IMG/VR virus record: IMGVR_UViG_3300037714_000157
Location: 1 to 29,893 of that record
Origin: a virus
Lineage: Duplodnaviria > Caudoviricetes
Length of the DNA stretch: 29,893 bases
Strand: one strand, 5' to 3'
The position numbers were made by a program, and so were the translations under genes. Within the stretch, counting starts at the first letter, position 1. Every line of letters begins with the position of its first letter. Of this stretch, positions 17,872 through 26,740 are shown in pieces. Under the pieces are notes generated by a model that ran no database searches, was not told the DNA's origin, and saw only the letters and a program-made list of their open reading frames with translations.

Positions 17872-19740
17872 ATGGCACGACGCGACATCGAAGCTGGCCG
17901 CGCCTACGTCGAGCTGCTACTCAAGCGCAAGGATTTTGTGAATGGCCTCCGCTCAGCCAGCAGAACGCTGCGCAGCTTCGGCGCGAGCATGACGTCTGTG
18001 GGGCGTGTTGTATCGGCCGCTGGCGCTGGGATCGTGGGGGCCTTTGTTATTCCGGTGAAACAGGCCAGCGACGCGATGGAAGGGCTCAACCGGTTCTTGG
18101 CCGTGTTCGGCGGAGAAGCGAAGGAAGCTGGTGACTTCGCCGACGATTTGGCCAGTAAGGTCGGACGCTCTGCCGTGACGATCAAGGACTCGCTCAGCGG
18201 GTTTCAGGGCTTTTTTGTTGGTCTCGGCTTCGGCGCTGACAAAGCCCGTGAAATGAGCCAGCAGATGCAGGCGCTAGCAATTGACTTTGCCAGCTTCAAC
18301 AATCTGTCGGACGAAGAGGCAGTCGGGCGCTTTATCAGCGCCCTTTCCGGGTCGAGCGAGGTGCTCCAAAAGTTCGGCATCAACACCAAACAGGCGGCGC
18401 TGGAAGAAGAGCTACTGTCCCAGGGCGTTAAGAAATCATGGACCGAAGTCACCGAGCAGGAAAAGGCCGTCGCGCGGTTGAGCGTGATTATGAAGGCGAT
18501 GACGTCTCAGGGAGCTGTCGGCGATGCAGTCAAAACGGCGGGAAGTTTCGCTAATTTACTCAAGGCGCTACGGAGCGCTGTCTATGATGCGTCTGTGGCG
18601 ATCGGTGACTCCCTAATTCCTGTCCTGACGCCATTTTTGCAGGCGACGGTTGGAATCGCTCGCGCGACCGTCGACTGGATCAAGCAAAACGGAAAGCTAT
18701 TTGCCATCGTCGGAGGCGTGGGGGTGGTGACGCTTGCGCTTGGCGCCACAATTACCGGTGTTGGCCTGTCGCTCACTGCATTCGGCATTGCCCTGGGGGC
18801 CATTGCTTCGGTTCTCGGGGCGGTGCTCTCCCCGCTCGGCGCAGTCGTCGCCGGTCTGGTCCTTGTCTCCACCTGGTTCGCCACTTCGACCGACTTCGGA
18901 CGCAAGATGGTGCAGTCGCTCGCTGGTTGGTTCGGCGATCTCAGAGACATCGCAGTCGATGCGTTCGGCGGGATTGTCGACGCCTTTGCTGCCGGCGATC
19001 TGGTGGCGGCAGGAGAGATTGCTTGGACCGGCCTCAAGGCGCTCTGGCTCCAAGGCACGAACACGCTGCGTACACAGTGGCGCGACCTGTCGTTCAAAAT
19101 CATCGACATCTTCACAGAGACCGTCAACGGCGTGAAGGTGCTCTGGAATGAACTGGTCACGTTTGTCGATCGGGCCGCGATCAAAGCGGGTGCGCAGATT
19201 CAAAAGGCTGCATTGGAGTTGCAGGGCTTTATTCCTGCGCTGTTCGCGTCGGGCGAGCGATTCGACGAGATGGAAAAGCAGCTCAAGGCGCAACTCAAGG
19301 CCATTGATTTGCTGACAGACTTAGCGTTGCGTGGCCTGGATATCACGCACGATAAAAAGATGGACGACTTGGCCGAAGAGCGCAAGGCGGAAATCGCGGC
19401 GATCTCTGATGCCAAAACAGAGTCCGAAAAAGTGGCCAACGATGCGCTGGAAAAAGCCAAGGCCGAGTTAAAGGCGCTCCGAGAGAAGACTGCCGAGGAG
19501 CGTAAACAGCGCGGGCTCGGCAAGGGGCCAAACTTCGAGCCCGGCGCTTTGAATCTCGGCGGCGGTGCGATCAAGAACCAAATCTTCGGCACGTTTTCGG
19601 CGGCTGCACTGGCGGCGGCCGGAGGTACAGGTGGTGCGTCGCCCGCGAAGGAAATGCGCGAGCGTCGCCGCGAAGCCCGCGAACAACACATGCAGCTGCT
19701 GCGGTTCTTGCGCGCGACGGGAGGCCGATTCGTCAAATGA
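17872..19740 (+). CDS. Tail tape measure protein
   Basis: IEAGRAYVEL start, LAIDFASFNN, ALSGSSEVLQKFGI and GSFAN motifs, a hydrophobic central segment and Trp/Phe periodicity; 622 aa. Confidence 0.88.
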   Translation: MARRDIEAGRAYVELLLKRKDFVNGLRSASRTLRSFGASMTSVGRVVSAAGAGIVGAFVIPVKQASDAMEGLNRFLAVFGGEAKEAGDFADDLASKVGRSAVTIKDSLSGFQGFFVGLGFGADKAREMSQQMQALAIDFASFNNLSDEEAVGRFISALSGSSEVLQKFGINTKQAALEEELLSQGVKKSWTEVTEQEKAVARLSVIMKAMTSQGAVGDAVKTAGSFANLLKALRSAVYDASVAIGDSLIPVLTPFLQATVGIARATVDWIKQNGKLFAIVGGVGVVTLALGATITGVGLSLTAFGIALGAIASVLGAVLSPLGAVVAGLVLVSTWFATSTDFGRKMVQSLAGWFGDLRDIAVDAFGGIVDAFAAGDLVAAGEIAWTGLKALWLQGTNTLRTQWRDLSFKIIDIFTETVNGVKVLWNELVTFVDRAAIKAGAQIQKAALELQGFIPALFASGERFDEMEKQLKAQLKAIDLLTDLALRGLDITHDKKMDDLAEERKAEIAAISDAKTESEKVANDALEKAKAELKALREKTAEERKQRGLGKGPNFEPGALNLGGGAIKNQIFGTFSAAALAAAGGTGGASPAKEMRERRREAREQHMQLLRFLRATGGRFVK

Positions 19741-19742
19741 GC

Positions 19743-19982
19743 TTACTCATTGTTCCACCATCGGCCAATCCGAGAATAGACCATGAGAATCACACCCGTA
19801 CCGGCGATTGCTGCCGAGCCAAGAACCCAATCCGCACTAGCGTCATTGGCGACGGCAACCCAAATCGCAGGCGAGCCGATCATCAACAGCATGTAACCGC
19901 AAGCTTTTGCGGCTTTGTACGGCTTGCTTGTTTGCTGCGTGGTGATGACGTGAGCAACCCGAACATTCGTTGGGCGTGCCAT
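19743..19982 (-). CDS. 79-aa two-TM membrane protein (moron)
   Basis: Two hydrophobic helices ending RIGRWWNNE; GGAG RBS; own promoter; antisense insertion between TMP and the next tail gene. Confidence 0.7.
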   Translation of the reverse strand: MARPTNVRVAHVITTQQTSKPYKAAKACGYMLLMIGSPAIWVAVANDASADWVLGSAAIAGTGVILMVYSRIGRWWNNE

Positions 19983-20006
19983 AAGCGGTCTCCAGGGTGT
20001 CGTTTC

Positions 20007-20035
20007 AGGATAGTCAGGATTTTCCCGGGAATCAA
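20007..20035 (-). promoter_or_regulatory. sigma70-like promoter of the 79-aa moron
   Basis: Minus strand reads TTGATT-17nt-TATCCT. Confidence 0.55.
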
Positions 20036-20039
20036 ATAA

Positions 20040-20831
20040 ATGGCGTTCCAATTCGAGGAAATCCCGCAATCGCGGTCGGAAACCTCCGAAAGCTACCGGC
20101 AAGTTTACAAGGCCGTCGGCGAGCTGGACGATTCGATCGTGTTCGCCTACGCGATCGCCAACACGCCGGAGACGGTCAACCGTCCGACGGGCACGATGTT
20201 CCGCAAGGACATCCAGTGCGACGAAGAAGGTTGGCAGCAGTATCTCGTGACCGTGACGTGGGCGGTACTCGAACAAAAACCATTCAACGTCGGCTCGTTC
20301 ACTTGGCGATTCGACACCACCGGCGCGACGATCAACATCAAGGCCGCCAAGGAGCATATTGCGTCTTATCCAGACGCGGGGCCGCACGCGGGGGCGATCG
20401 GCGTCAAGGAAGATGGCGAGGTGGAAGGCGCCGACATCGTCATTCCAGCGCTGAAGATCACCTATTCATTCCGCCACCCGAACGGTCTCGTGACCGAAGC
20501 CTTCGCGCGGCAGATCGCCGCGATCACGGGGACCGTTAATCTGCTCACCTATCGAGGCTTTCAGCCCGGCGAGTTTCTGTTCATCGGCGGCAGCGGCAGC
20601 GACGGCACACAATCGGAAGTGGCGGTCGACTACCAGTTCGTTGCCAGCGTCAATGCATCCGGGCTGTCTCTTGGTGGTATCAGCTCGATCGTCAAGGGCG
20701 GGCACCATTACGCCTGGATCGAATTCAAAGACGCGGTAGTCAGCGGCAAGCCCGCGCGACAGGCGACGCGGGTCAACATCGAAAGAGTTTACGACGCGAT
20801 CAACTTCGCTTCCGTGTTTGGGTGGAGCTAG
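20040..20831 (+). CDS. Tail tip/baseplate-region protein
   Basis: First + strand gene after TMP; GTVN...YRGFQPGEFLFIG motif; function inferred from position. Confidence 0.6.
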   Translation: MAFQFEEIPQSRSETSESYRQVYKAVGELDDSIVFAYAIANTPETVNRPTGTMFRKDIQCDEEGWQQYLVTVTWAVLEQKPFNVGSFTWRFDTTGATINIKAAKEHIASYPDAGPHAGAIGVKEDGEVEGADIVIPALKITYSFRHPNGLVTEAFARQIAAITGTVNLLTYRGFQPGEFLFIGGSGSDGTQSEVAVDYQFVASVNASGLSLGGISSIVKGGHHYAWIEFKDAVVSGKPARQATRVNIERVYDAINFASVFGWS

Positions 20832-20834
20832 CCC

Positions 20835-21995
20835 GTGGGAACTTTCGACAAAGTTGCAGCCGGCACCCCATCCGACGATTCGCCGTCCAACAAGGCGAAT
20901 TGGATCAACGCCGTCTCGGAGGCGACCGAAGATTACCACACGCGCAAGCGGCTTGGACAAGGCGGCAAAGCACCGCTGCCCCTCAAAGACAACGACACCT
21001 GGGTCAAGGTGAAGAATCTCAGTGGGTCGGATTTGCTGCGCGGGCATTACCTACAGGTGGGCGACTATCTACTGGATGAGTTGGACTTTCGTTCCCTTTG
21101 GTTTGAGGGCAACGTCTATTCCGCCAGCAACGGCCGTAAGGTTGCGGTGCTACGACAGGCGGCGCTCGACGACGACATTGTGAAAGCGCAGATGTCTGGT
21201 GTCGGCGTGGCCCGCATCAACGTCCGTGATACCGCCCATCAATTTGCCGAGCCCATCGACACTCGGCACGTGCTGCGATCCAGCGACGAAGGTTCGATCG
21301 AGATTCTTTCGGTGCCATCGCCCAACGGCGGCCCACTTACGACGCGAACCGATGCAGATACCGGAACGGTCACAATGGACGATAGCGGCCACTCGATTGA
21401 AACCGGCGACACGGTGAACGTCTATTGGGCCGGCGGTGAGCGGATCGGCATGACTGTTGGCACCGTATCAGGAACCAGTGTCCCTGTTGACGGCGGGTCG
21501 GGGAACGACTTACCGGCGCAGGATACCGACGTGTTTGTGTCGCTCGACAGTGGCGAAGAGTTGGCGGTGCTGATTGGTGGCGGCGGCGGCGGCACTGCGA
21601 ACGTAGAGACTGCTGGCGCATTGGCCCGCGTCGTACTCGGCGGCGCAACGTGTTCGCCGGCAATCTTAGTGACTTCCGTCGAAGGCGATCCGGACAGCCT
21701 CGGTGGGACGCTCCATACGTGGTGCAACAATGGGCATGGAGACTACAACGTCTCGTTGCCGGATGGGGCACTCGTGCTGTTGATTGGGCTAATTGGCTGG
21801 GAAGAATCCAGCTCTCCGTCTTGTCCGGATATTTATGTTCCAGAGAATTTTCCGACCGCGATCCTGGTCAATCCCGTCGATTTCCTTGCTGGCCTCCCCG
21901 ACTTCGCCGCCTTCAAGGCGCTGTTCGCAGACACCGGAGGTACGGCGGCCGACATCAAATGGGGAGGCCGCACGTGCGAACCTCCAGCAGAATAG
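20835..21995 (+). CDS. Tail-associated protein
   Basis: GGAG RBS then GTG; KANWIN, VKVKNLSG and GVGVARINV motifs with a Gly-rich linker. Confidence 0.6.
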   Translation: MGTFDKVAAGTPSDDSPSNKANWINAVSEATEDYHTRKRLGQGGKAPLPLKDNDTWVKVKNLSGSDLLRGHYLQVGDYLLDELDFRSLWFEGNVYSASNGRKVAVLRQAALDDDIVKAQMSGVGVARINVRDTAHQFAEPIDTRHVLRSSDEGSIEILSVPSPNGGPLTTRTDADTGTVTMDDSGHSIETGDTVNVYWAGGERIGMTVGTVSGTSVPVDGGSGNDLPAQDTDVFVSLDSGEELAVLIGGGGGGTANVETAGALARVVLGGATCSPAILVTSVEGDPDSLGGTLHTWCNNGHGDYNVSLPDGALVLLIGLIGWEESSSPSCPDIYVPENFPTAILVNPVDFLAGLPDFAAFKALFADTGGTAADIKWGGRTCEPPAE

Positions 21996-22012
21996 CAATC
22001 CCCTCTCGTCGC

Positions 22013-22705
22013 ATGCATTTGCCGCACGGATACTCGCGGCCGCTGCTGCCGTGGCGGTGGTTGCCCCTTACTCCCTGGCTGCATGCGGTCGAACCGGTGT
22101 TTATTGACGACTTGCCTTTGATGGGTGTCGGCCCGGCGGTTCCGTTGCTATCCGACACCGATTGCTATTGCTGCCCCACGACCTGCGAGGAATGCCTTGA
22201 GTCGCTCTGCGGGTGGGATCTGACCGTCTCCGGTTTCACAAACCAGACCTTCGACATATCGCCTTGCGGTACGAGCGAATCCACTTACAGCAATGTCAAC
22301 GGGTCGTACACTTTCGACGTGATCGATGGCGTTCTACAGGACGTTGTTTACTCGCCCTGCACAGGCATCGTTGTCCACGAGACCAACTGGGAAGATCCGC
22401 CGTGCCCGGAACAAAACCCAGGTCTGCACACGGAGCACATCGATAGGATCAGCTTACACCTAACGTGTACGTTGACGCACGTGTGGCTAACTGGTTTGCA
22501 TGTCTTCGGCGTATTCCGTGACCCACTGAATGGAGACTGCGGCTTTCCCTATGACGAAAACTGGACAGACCCGTCACCAGGGTTTGCTCTCTGGGAAGAC
22601 GTCTGCCGAGAAGGCGTCTCGATCACGTCGAACTTCAGCTTGGGCGCTGGCGGGAAGGTACATTCGGTGACCTTAGTCGCAACACCGGTGTTTTGTGAAT
22701 CATGA
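22013..22705 (+). CDS. Cys-rich distal tail protein
   Basis: CYCCPTTCEEC...NVNGSYTF. The start is uncertain (ATG 22013 or 22121); the track's start at 21650 overlaps the previous gene. Confidence 0.55.
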   Translation: MHLPHGYSRPLLPWRWLPLTPWLHAVEPVFIDDLPLMGVGPAVPLLSDTDCYCCPTTCEECLESLCGWDLTVSGFTNQTFDISPCGTSESTYSNVNGSYTFDVIDGVLQDVVYSPCTGIVVHETNWEDPPCPEQNPGLHTEHIDRISLHLTCTLTHVWLTGLHVFGVFRDPLNGDCGFPYDENWTDPSPGFALWEDVCREGVSITSNFSLGAGGKVHSVTLVATPVFCES

Positions 22706-23040
22706 ACGAAGAGCCCTGGTTGTGCGAGTTCGTTGCGGGCGTTTGCGTGCGTTGCCGCCGGAAGAAGTCGCTTGGAGATATCCGGCAATGCCGCCTGCTC
22801 CCCAGTGAGCCCGCCACCACACCAGGAAATCCGTCGATCGCTCCGAAGCAACGCAGTCACGACAAGATGCAGGCGATCATCCTTAGCCTCGGAGTCGACG
22901 CGGCCCAGTACGACGCATTCGTTCAGCGCGTCGGACGGCCGCCGGGGTGCTATGAAAGAAAGTGCTGGTGGCTCAAGAGACTGGAAAAGGAATTCGGGGC
23001 GGAGATTGCCGATCAGGTGCTAGGCGTCTTGTTTGGCTAG
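22702..23040 (+). CDS. Cys-rich hypothetical protein
   Basis: ATGA coupling; C..CVRC..C and GCYERK.WWL motifs. Confidence 0.6.
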   Translation: MNEEPWLCEFVAGVCVRCRRKKSLGDIRQCRLLPSEPATTPGNPSIAPKQRSHDKMQAIILSLGVDAAQYDAFVQRVGRPPGCYERKCWWLKRLEKEFGAEIADQVLGVLFG

Positions 23041-23132
23041 CCCAGCCACCGCACGACCAGCATCGCCAAGAGCGCGACGGCGACGGCCGCTGCGATCCAG
23101 GTTTGCCAGTTCGCGGGGATGAGGGGCTTCAT
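23037..23132 (-). CDS. 31-aa single-TM peptide, MKPLIPANWQTWIAAAVAVALLAMLVVRWLG
   Basis: Its ATG overlaps the stop of the GYF gene (ATGA); one hydrophobic helix; below the ORF-track size cutoff. Confidence 0.5.
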   Translation of the reverse strand: MKPLIPANWQTWIAAAVAVALLAMLVVRWLG

Positions 23133-23782
23133 CGATAGGGGTCACCCATGCCCGCACCAAGAATGCAGCAAATGTGCAACAGGACGCCGGGAAGGATCAA
23201 CGCTAGGTAGCCAACTGCCGTGACCATGAACCAGACGATTCCATTAATCGGCTGCCCCTTATATATCTGTCCCAGTCCCGGAATGAACAGGCTCAACAGC
23301 ATGGCGACCAGTCGGCTCCATCGCTTGTAATGTCCGACGCGGACTTGCTGCACGACCTGGACGTTGACTGACGGAGAGGGAGGTGGCTGCGTCACAATCG
23401 GAGTCTGCGAGACGCTTTGCAGGGGACGACCATCGAGGTACTCATTGCAAAAGCGACACTTCGCGGCAGATTCAAGAATCAACTCCCCGCACATTGGACA
23501 CGGCATGCGGCCGATGGTTTCCGCAACCAAAGGCGCCGAAGTTGGTATTGGCGGCTGCACAACTTGGGTTTCGATCGCCTTCGCAGGCGCCACAAGGGCC
23601 GTCGACGGGAAGAGACCTTTCACGTTGCGGGCAGCCGACCAGCGACTGCTGGTGCCTAGTCGGACTTCCATGCTATCAGCAATCTTGCCCCTATCAGCGA
23701 AGCTCTTCAGCTGTGGCGACGTAAACGGGCCGCGGACTTGGTTTCCGAGACGCACGTACCATTGATGCGGTTTGTTCGGCAT
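23129..23782 (-). CDS. GYF_2-domain / zinc-ribbon / TM2-like membrane protein
   Basis: WYVRLGNQVRGPF..QLK (GYF_2/DUF4339), CPMCGE.I...A.KCRFC zinc ribbon, and LLSLFIPGLGQIY.GQ membrane motif. Confidence 0.8.
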   Translation of the reverse strand: MPNKPHQWYVRLGNQVRGPFTSPQLKSFADRGKIADSMEVRLGTSSRWSAARNVKGLFPSTALVAPAKAIETQVVQPPIPTSAPLVAETIGRMPCPMCGELILESAAKCRFCNEYLDGRPLQSVSQTPIVTQPPPSPSVNVQVVQQVRVGHYKRWSRLVAMLLSLFIPGLGQIYKGQPINGIVWFMVTAVGYLALILPGVLLHICCILGAGMGDPYR

Positions 23783-23810
23783 GACGATGGCCACTTGGAG
23801 GAGGAATTCC

Positions 23811-23839
23811 ACCCTAAACGCCCACCGTCCCCGCGTCAA
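23811..23839 (-). promoter_or_regulatory. sigma70-like promoter of the GYF gene
   Basis: Minus strand reads TTGACG-17nt-TAGGGT. Confidence 0.45.
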
Positions 23840-23877
23840 GAAAATCTACCGGCGGGGATGGCGCTGGCGGGGATGCG

Positions 23878-24063
23878 TCACTCCGCTCTCTTCGGCCCCG
23901 GCTTGAGTGGCTGGGGCTTTTTCGCGTGCCGCTCGGCGATGACGCGACGGCCGGCGATTGTGACGCACGGAATGCGACCCTCATCCATGTACCGGATCAC
24001 CATCGGCCGGCTGATGCCGAGCCGCTGGGCGACTTCGCCGGGGGTTAGGTAGGTTGCGGGCAT
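23878..24063 (-). CDS. Excisionase-like HTH (HTH_17) DNA-binding protein
   Basis: YLTPGEVAQRLGISRPMVIRYMDEGRIP...GRRVI. Confidence 0.8.
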   Translation of the reverse strand: MPATYLTPGEVAQRLGISRPMVIRYMDEGRIPCVTIAGRRVIAERHAKKPQPLKPGPKRAE

Positions 24064-24245
24064 GGAAACGGGCAGTTTCGTGACGTGCCCAGGTCGGTCG
24101 AACGCCTAAGCGTCCGTTGCCTGCGGATCTAGCCGGCGAACCGGCGTCACCTTGTTGCGAAAAGACTCTTGCGAGCAATCCGCAACAACTGAGCAATCCG
24201 CAACTGCCAGCACCTGAGAACGGTCTAGGCGTTGGCACAAGCACA

Positions 24246-24530
24246 CTAACGATGATTCGATTGACCAACTGCCGGCGGCATGCCCCAGCGTTCGCGTATG
24301 ATTGCTTCCGACTCATCGCGGCGATTGCGGGCATTCGACAATTGGCAGGCAGCGAGAGTCGGCTCGCCTGTACGAGGCACAAACAGACCTTCGCGGGCGA
24401 CGCGCCCCGTGGCTTGCGATTCAGCGTCCAAGATTTCTTCGCCGTCCTCTATTTCCGCGCGAATTGCGCGGGCGATGGCTTGGCGAGTGTTCGAGGCGTT
24501 GTACGCGGCTTTCAGTTCTTTCGATGCCAT
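24246..24530 (-). CDS. Hypothetical protein
   Basis: AGGAG RBS, downstream of a consensus promoter. Confidence 0.65.
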   Translation of the reverse strand: MASKELKAAYNASNTRQAIARAIRAEIEDGEEILDAESQATGRVAREGLFVPRTGEPTLAACQLSNARNRRDESEAIIRERWGMPPAVGQSNHR

Positions 24531-24590
24531 GTGACTTTCTCCTGAGAAAAGCGGTCAGTTGTTCGCGGCTCACTCGCCGCGTCTGCCCTG

Positions 24591-24619
24591 ATTATACCAA
24601 TCGGCTGACACGGTGTCAA
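24591..24619 (-). promoter_or_regulatory. Consensus sigma70 promoter with an overlapping palindromic operator
   Basis: TTGACA-17nt-TATAAT with TG extension; palindrome TGACAC-G-GTGTCA at 24606-24618. Confidence 0.85.
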
Positions 24620-24742
24620 CCAATTAGGCAAAAGATTTTTGGCGGGGATGCGTCAGAACCTATCAGTCCAGTGTCCATTGATAGGTAATTGATAGATGCG
24701 TCACTCTTGGCGGCAGCGGCGGGCAGTGGTAGGATTGGCGGG

Positions 24743-25126
24743 ATGGACGGTTTCGCTTTCACTTCTGCGGCGATTGTTGACGACCAGCTCGACAAGTTCG
24801 ATGCGGCCGACATTCATGCCGCGATGGACAAAATGCGGGCAGTCGTTTCCGAAGGCATCGATAAAAAGATCGACTTCTGCGACTTCTCACTGTTCGGTGC
24901 CAGCCGCTCTTACCGCGAACGCAAGATGGAGCTACATCGGAAAAAGCCACTTCTCGATACTGGCATTCTGGTTCGCGGTCGGTACGACGTGCAAATCGCC
25001 GACCCGGACTTCGGCTTGCGAATGATGGTCGAACGCTTGGTCAAGGGGCTCAACGACGAAATCCAAACCGACCTCGACACCGAGTTGGAGTGCTTCGCCG
25101 ATGGCGATACGGTAATGGAGGGCTGA
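24743..25126 (+). CDS. Hypothetical protein
   Basis: Open frame with phage-like codon use; ATG 24743 lies 7 nt after an extended -10-like TGGTAGGAT. Confidence 0.55.
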   Translation: MDGFAFTSAAIVDDQLDKFDAADIHAAMDKMRAVVSEGIDKKIDFCDFSLFGASRSYRERKMELHRKKPLLDTGILVRGRYDVQIADPDFGLRMMVERLVKGLNDEIQTDLDTELECFADGDTVMEG

Positions 25127-25128
25127 GG

Positions 25129-25347
25129 GTGCTGAATCACACGCTAGGTGAATCTCAAATCGTCGCGGCCACCAAGATGCAGCCGAGAGTCGAGGATTTC
25201 CAATATCAGTGCAGGCGATGCGGGCAATTCTACTGCCGTCGCTGCGAGTCTATACCGGAGAAATGTAGTTGCGGTGAAAGGTCCGAAGGCTTTGCAGTGA
25301 TCCCGGTTCCGTGCTCAGAATTGGTAAAGGCAGTGATGGAGGGCTAG
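25129..25347 (+). CDS. Small Cys-rich zinc-binding protein
   Basis: GGAGG RBS then GTG; CRRCG..YCRRC...CSCG. Confidence 0.5.
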   Translation: MLNHTLGESQIVAATKMQPRVEDFQYQCRRCGQFYCRRCESIPEKCSCGERSEGFAVIPVPCSELVKAVMEG

Positions 25348-25535
25348 GGCTCCGGCTGGTACGTGGCTAACTGACCGCTCCCCCGTCCGCCCCCGAGGCA
25401 ATGGCAAGTCGTAAGTCCTTGTATTCTTTCGGCTTGCGCACCGAAAGTCACATAGAATCAGTCGATTGACTCTAGCCGGCCGCGATGGAATCCTAGCCGG
25501 CCCCCGAGGCCCCGCTCGCGGCTCACAGCGGTGCG

Positions 25536-26435
25536 TCAGACGGCTGCTGATTGCCCTGGACGAAATAACAGGTCTTTTGGGGCGACCGGCTTTACCACGC
25601 GCGGATCCAAATAAGCCTCCGTCACCTTGCGGCTGGAATGTTTGAGCAGCGCCGTCGCATTGCCCCCGGCCGCCTCGTAGTGGCTGGCCACGGCCTTGCG
25701 AACCACGTGGAACTTGTACTCTCGAGTATCGGGCAGCCCGGCCCGTCGCATGATCCGCCCGAGCCGGTTGTAGATGTAGGTCGGGTGGTACGGCCACTCA
25801 AAAACAATCCCCTTGCGACGGCGGCTCTTGGCGCGTAGCTCGGCCAGCGCCTCGCGGGTATCGGCGGCAATCGGCAGCAGGTTGTCCTCAGCAGCCCCCT
25901 TGCGGCTCTCTGCGACGAAGCGGACCCAACCGCCATCCAGGGCGACCCGGTCCCAGGTGAGCCCCAGTACGGCTCCTATGCGCTCTCCGGTGTCCCAGAT
26001 GACCAGCATCAGCGGCCGCCAGAACACGGGGGCCTCGATCGAGCCGACGGCCAGCGTCTCCGCGGCGATCGCTGCCATCATGCGGTCGACCTCGTCTTGC
26101 AATAGCGCGATCGGGACGCGGACTGGCGGCGTTTCGAGTTCCACGTCCGGCCATTCCTTGACGTAGCCTTTGGTATGCAGCCACCGCCAGAGCGCCAGCA
26201 GGTTCAGCAGTTGCCGGTTGCAGGTTTTCTTCGCCGCACCGTTGTCGAGAATCCACGCGGCAAAGGCGGAGAGAGTCTCATTGGTGAGATCGGATTTCCG
26301 CGACGGCCGCTCCAAAAACCGGTCGAACACGGTGAGCGTGTGACGGTAGAGGCGCTTGGTGTTGGGCCGGCGGGAACGAAGTTTCAGCGGCTCATACCGT
26401 TCGCGGTAGAGCTTTTCCAGAAGGTCGTTGGGCAT
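25536..26435 (-). CDS. int: Tyrosine recombinase / phage integrase
   Basis: SAM-like N-domain, TGERIGAVL (Arg), SRKG (Lys), FHVVRK (HxxR) and LKHSSRKVTEAY (His, Tyr). Confidence 0.92.
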   Translation of the reverse strand: MPNDLLEKLYRERYEPLKLRSRRPNTKRLYRHTLTVFDRFLERPSRKSDLTNETLSAFAAWILDNGAAKKTCNRQLLNLLALWRWLHTKGYVKEWPDVELETPPVRVPIALLQDEVDRMMAAIAAETLAVGSIEAPVFWRPLMLVIWDTGERIGAVLGLTWDRVALDGGWVRFVAESRKGAAEDNLLPIAADTREALAELRAKSRRRKGIVFEWPYHPTYIYNRLGRIMRRAGLPDTREYKFHVVRKAVASHYEAAGGNATALLKHSSRKVTEAYLDPRVVKPVAPKDLLFRPGQSAAV

Positions 26436-26525
26436 GGTGGGACGTCAAAGGTGGTATCTCAAGCCTAGCTTGCGTCCCTGCACGGCGCGTCCGTGCTTCT
26501 CCTGAAAAACCCGCATATTCGGGTG

Positions 26526-26544
26526 TCAAATCCAGTCGAGCCCA
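26526..26544 (+). other. Putative attP core: 3' fragment of a tRNA
   Basis: TCAAAT-CCAGT-CGAGCCC-A parses as T-loop, 3' T-stem, 3' acceptor stem and discriminator. It lies 90 bp from int and is followed by a hairpin (26551-26571). Confidence 0.6.
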
Positions 26545-26740
26545 TTTAGTTCCGGGGCGAGATTCGCCTTGGTGGGTCCGTTCAACACTAGCTGGCGAAA
26601 ATACGCCGGTCAAACTTTGGACAAAGAAATTCGCAAAAAAGAGAAAAGAGCCCGGCCGGCGTTATCACGAGTCGCCAACCGGCCGGGCCGGAGACTGCCG
26701 ACGCGCGTGCCGGCAGAACAACCAAAAAGGAGAAAAACCT

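Noticed and set aside
20040-23040. Diversity-generating retroelement or invertible tail-fibre cassette
   Set aside because: No reverse transcriptase, invertase or TR/VR repeat pair is visible.
26480-26544. Complete tRNA gene
   Set aside because: Only the 3' 19 nt fit; there is no matching 5' acceptor, D arm, anticodon arm or 5' T-stem.
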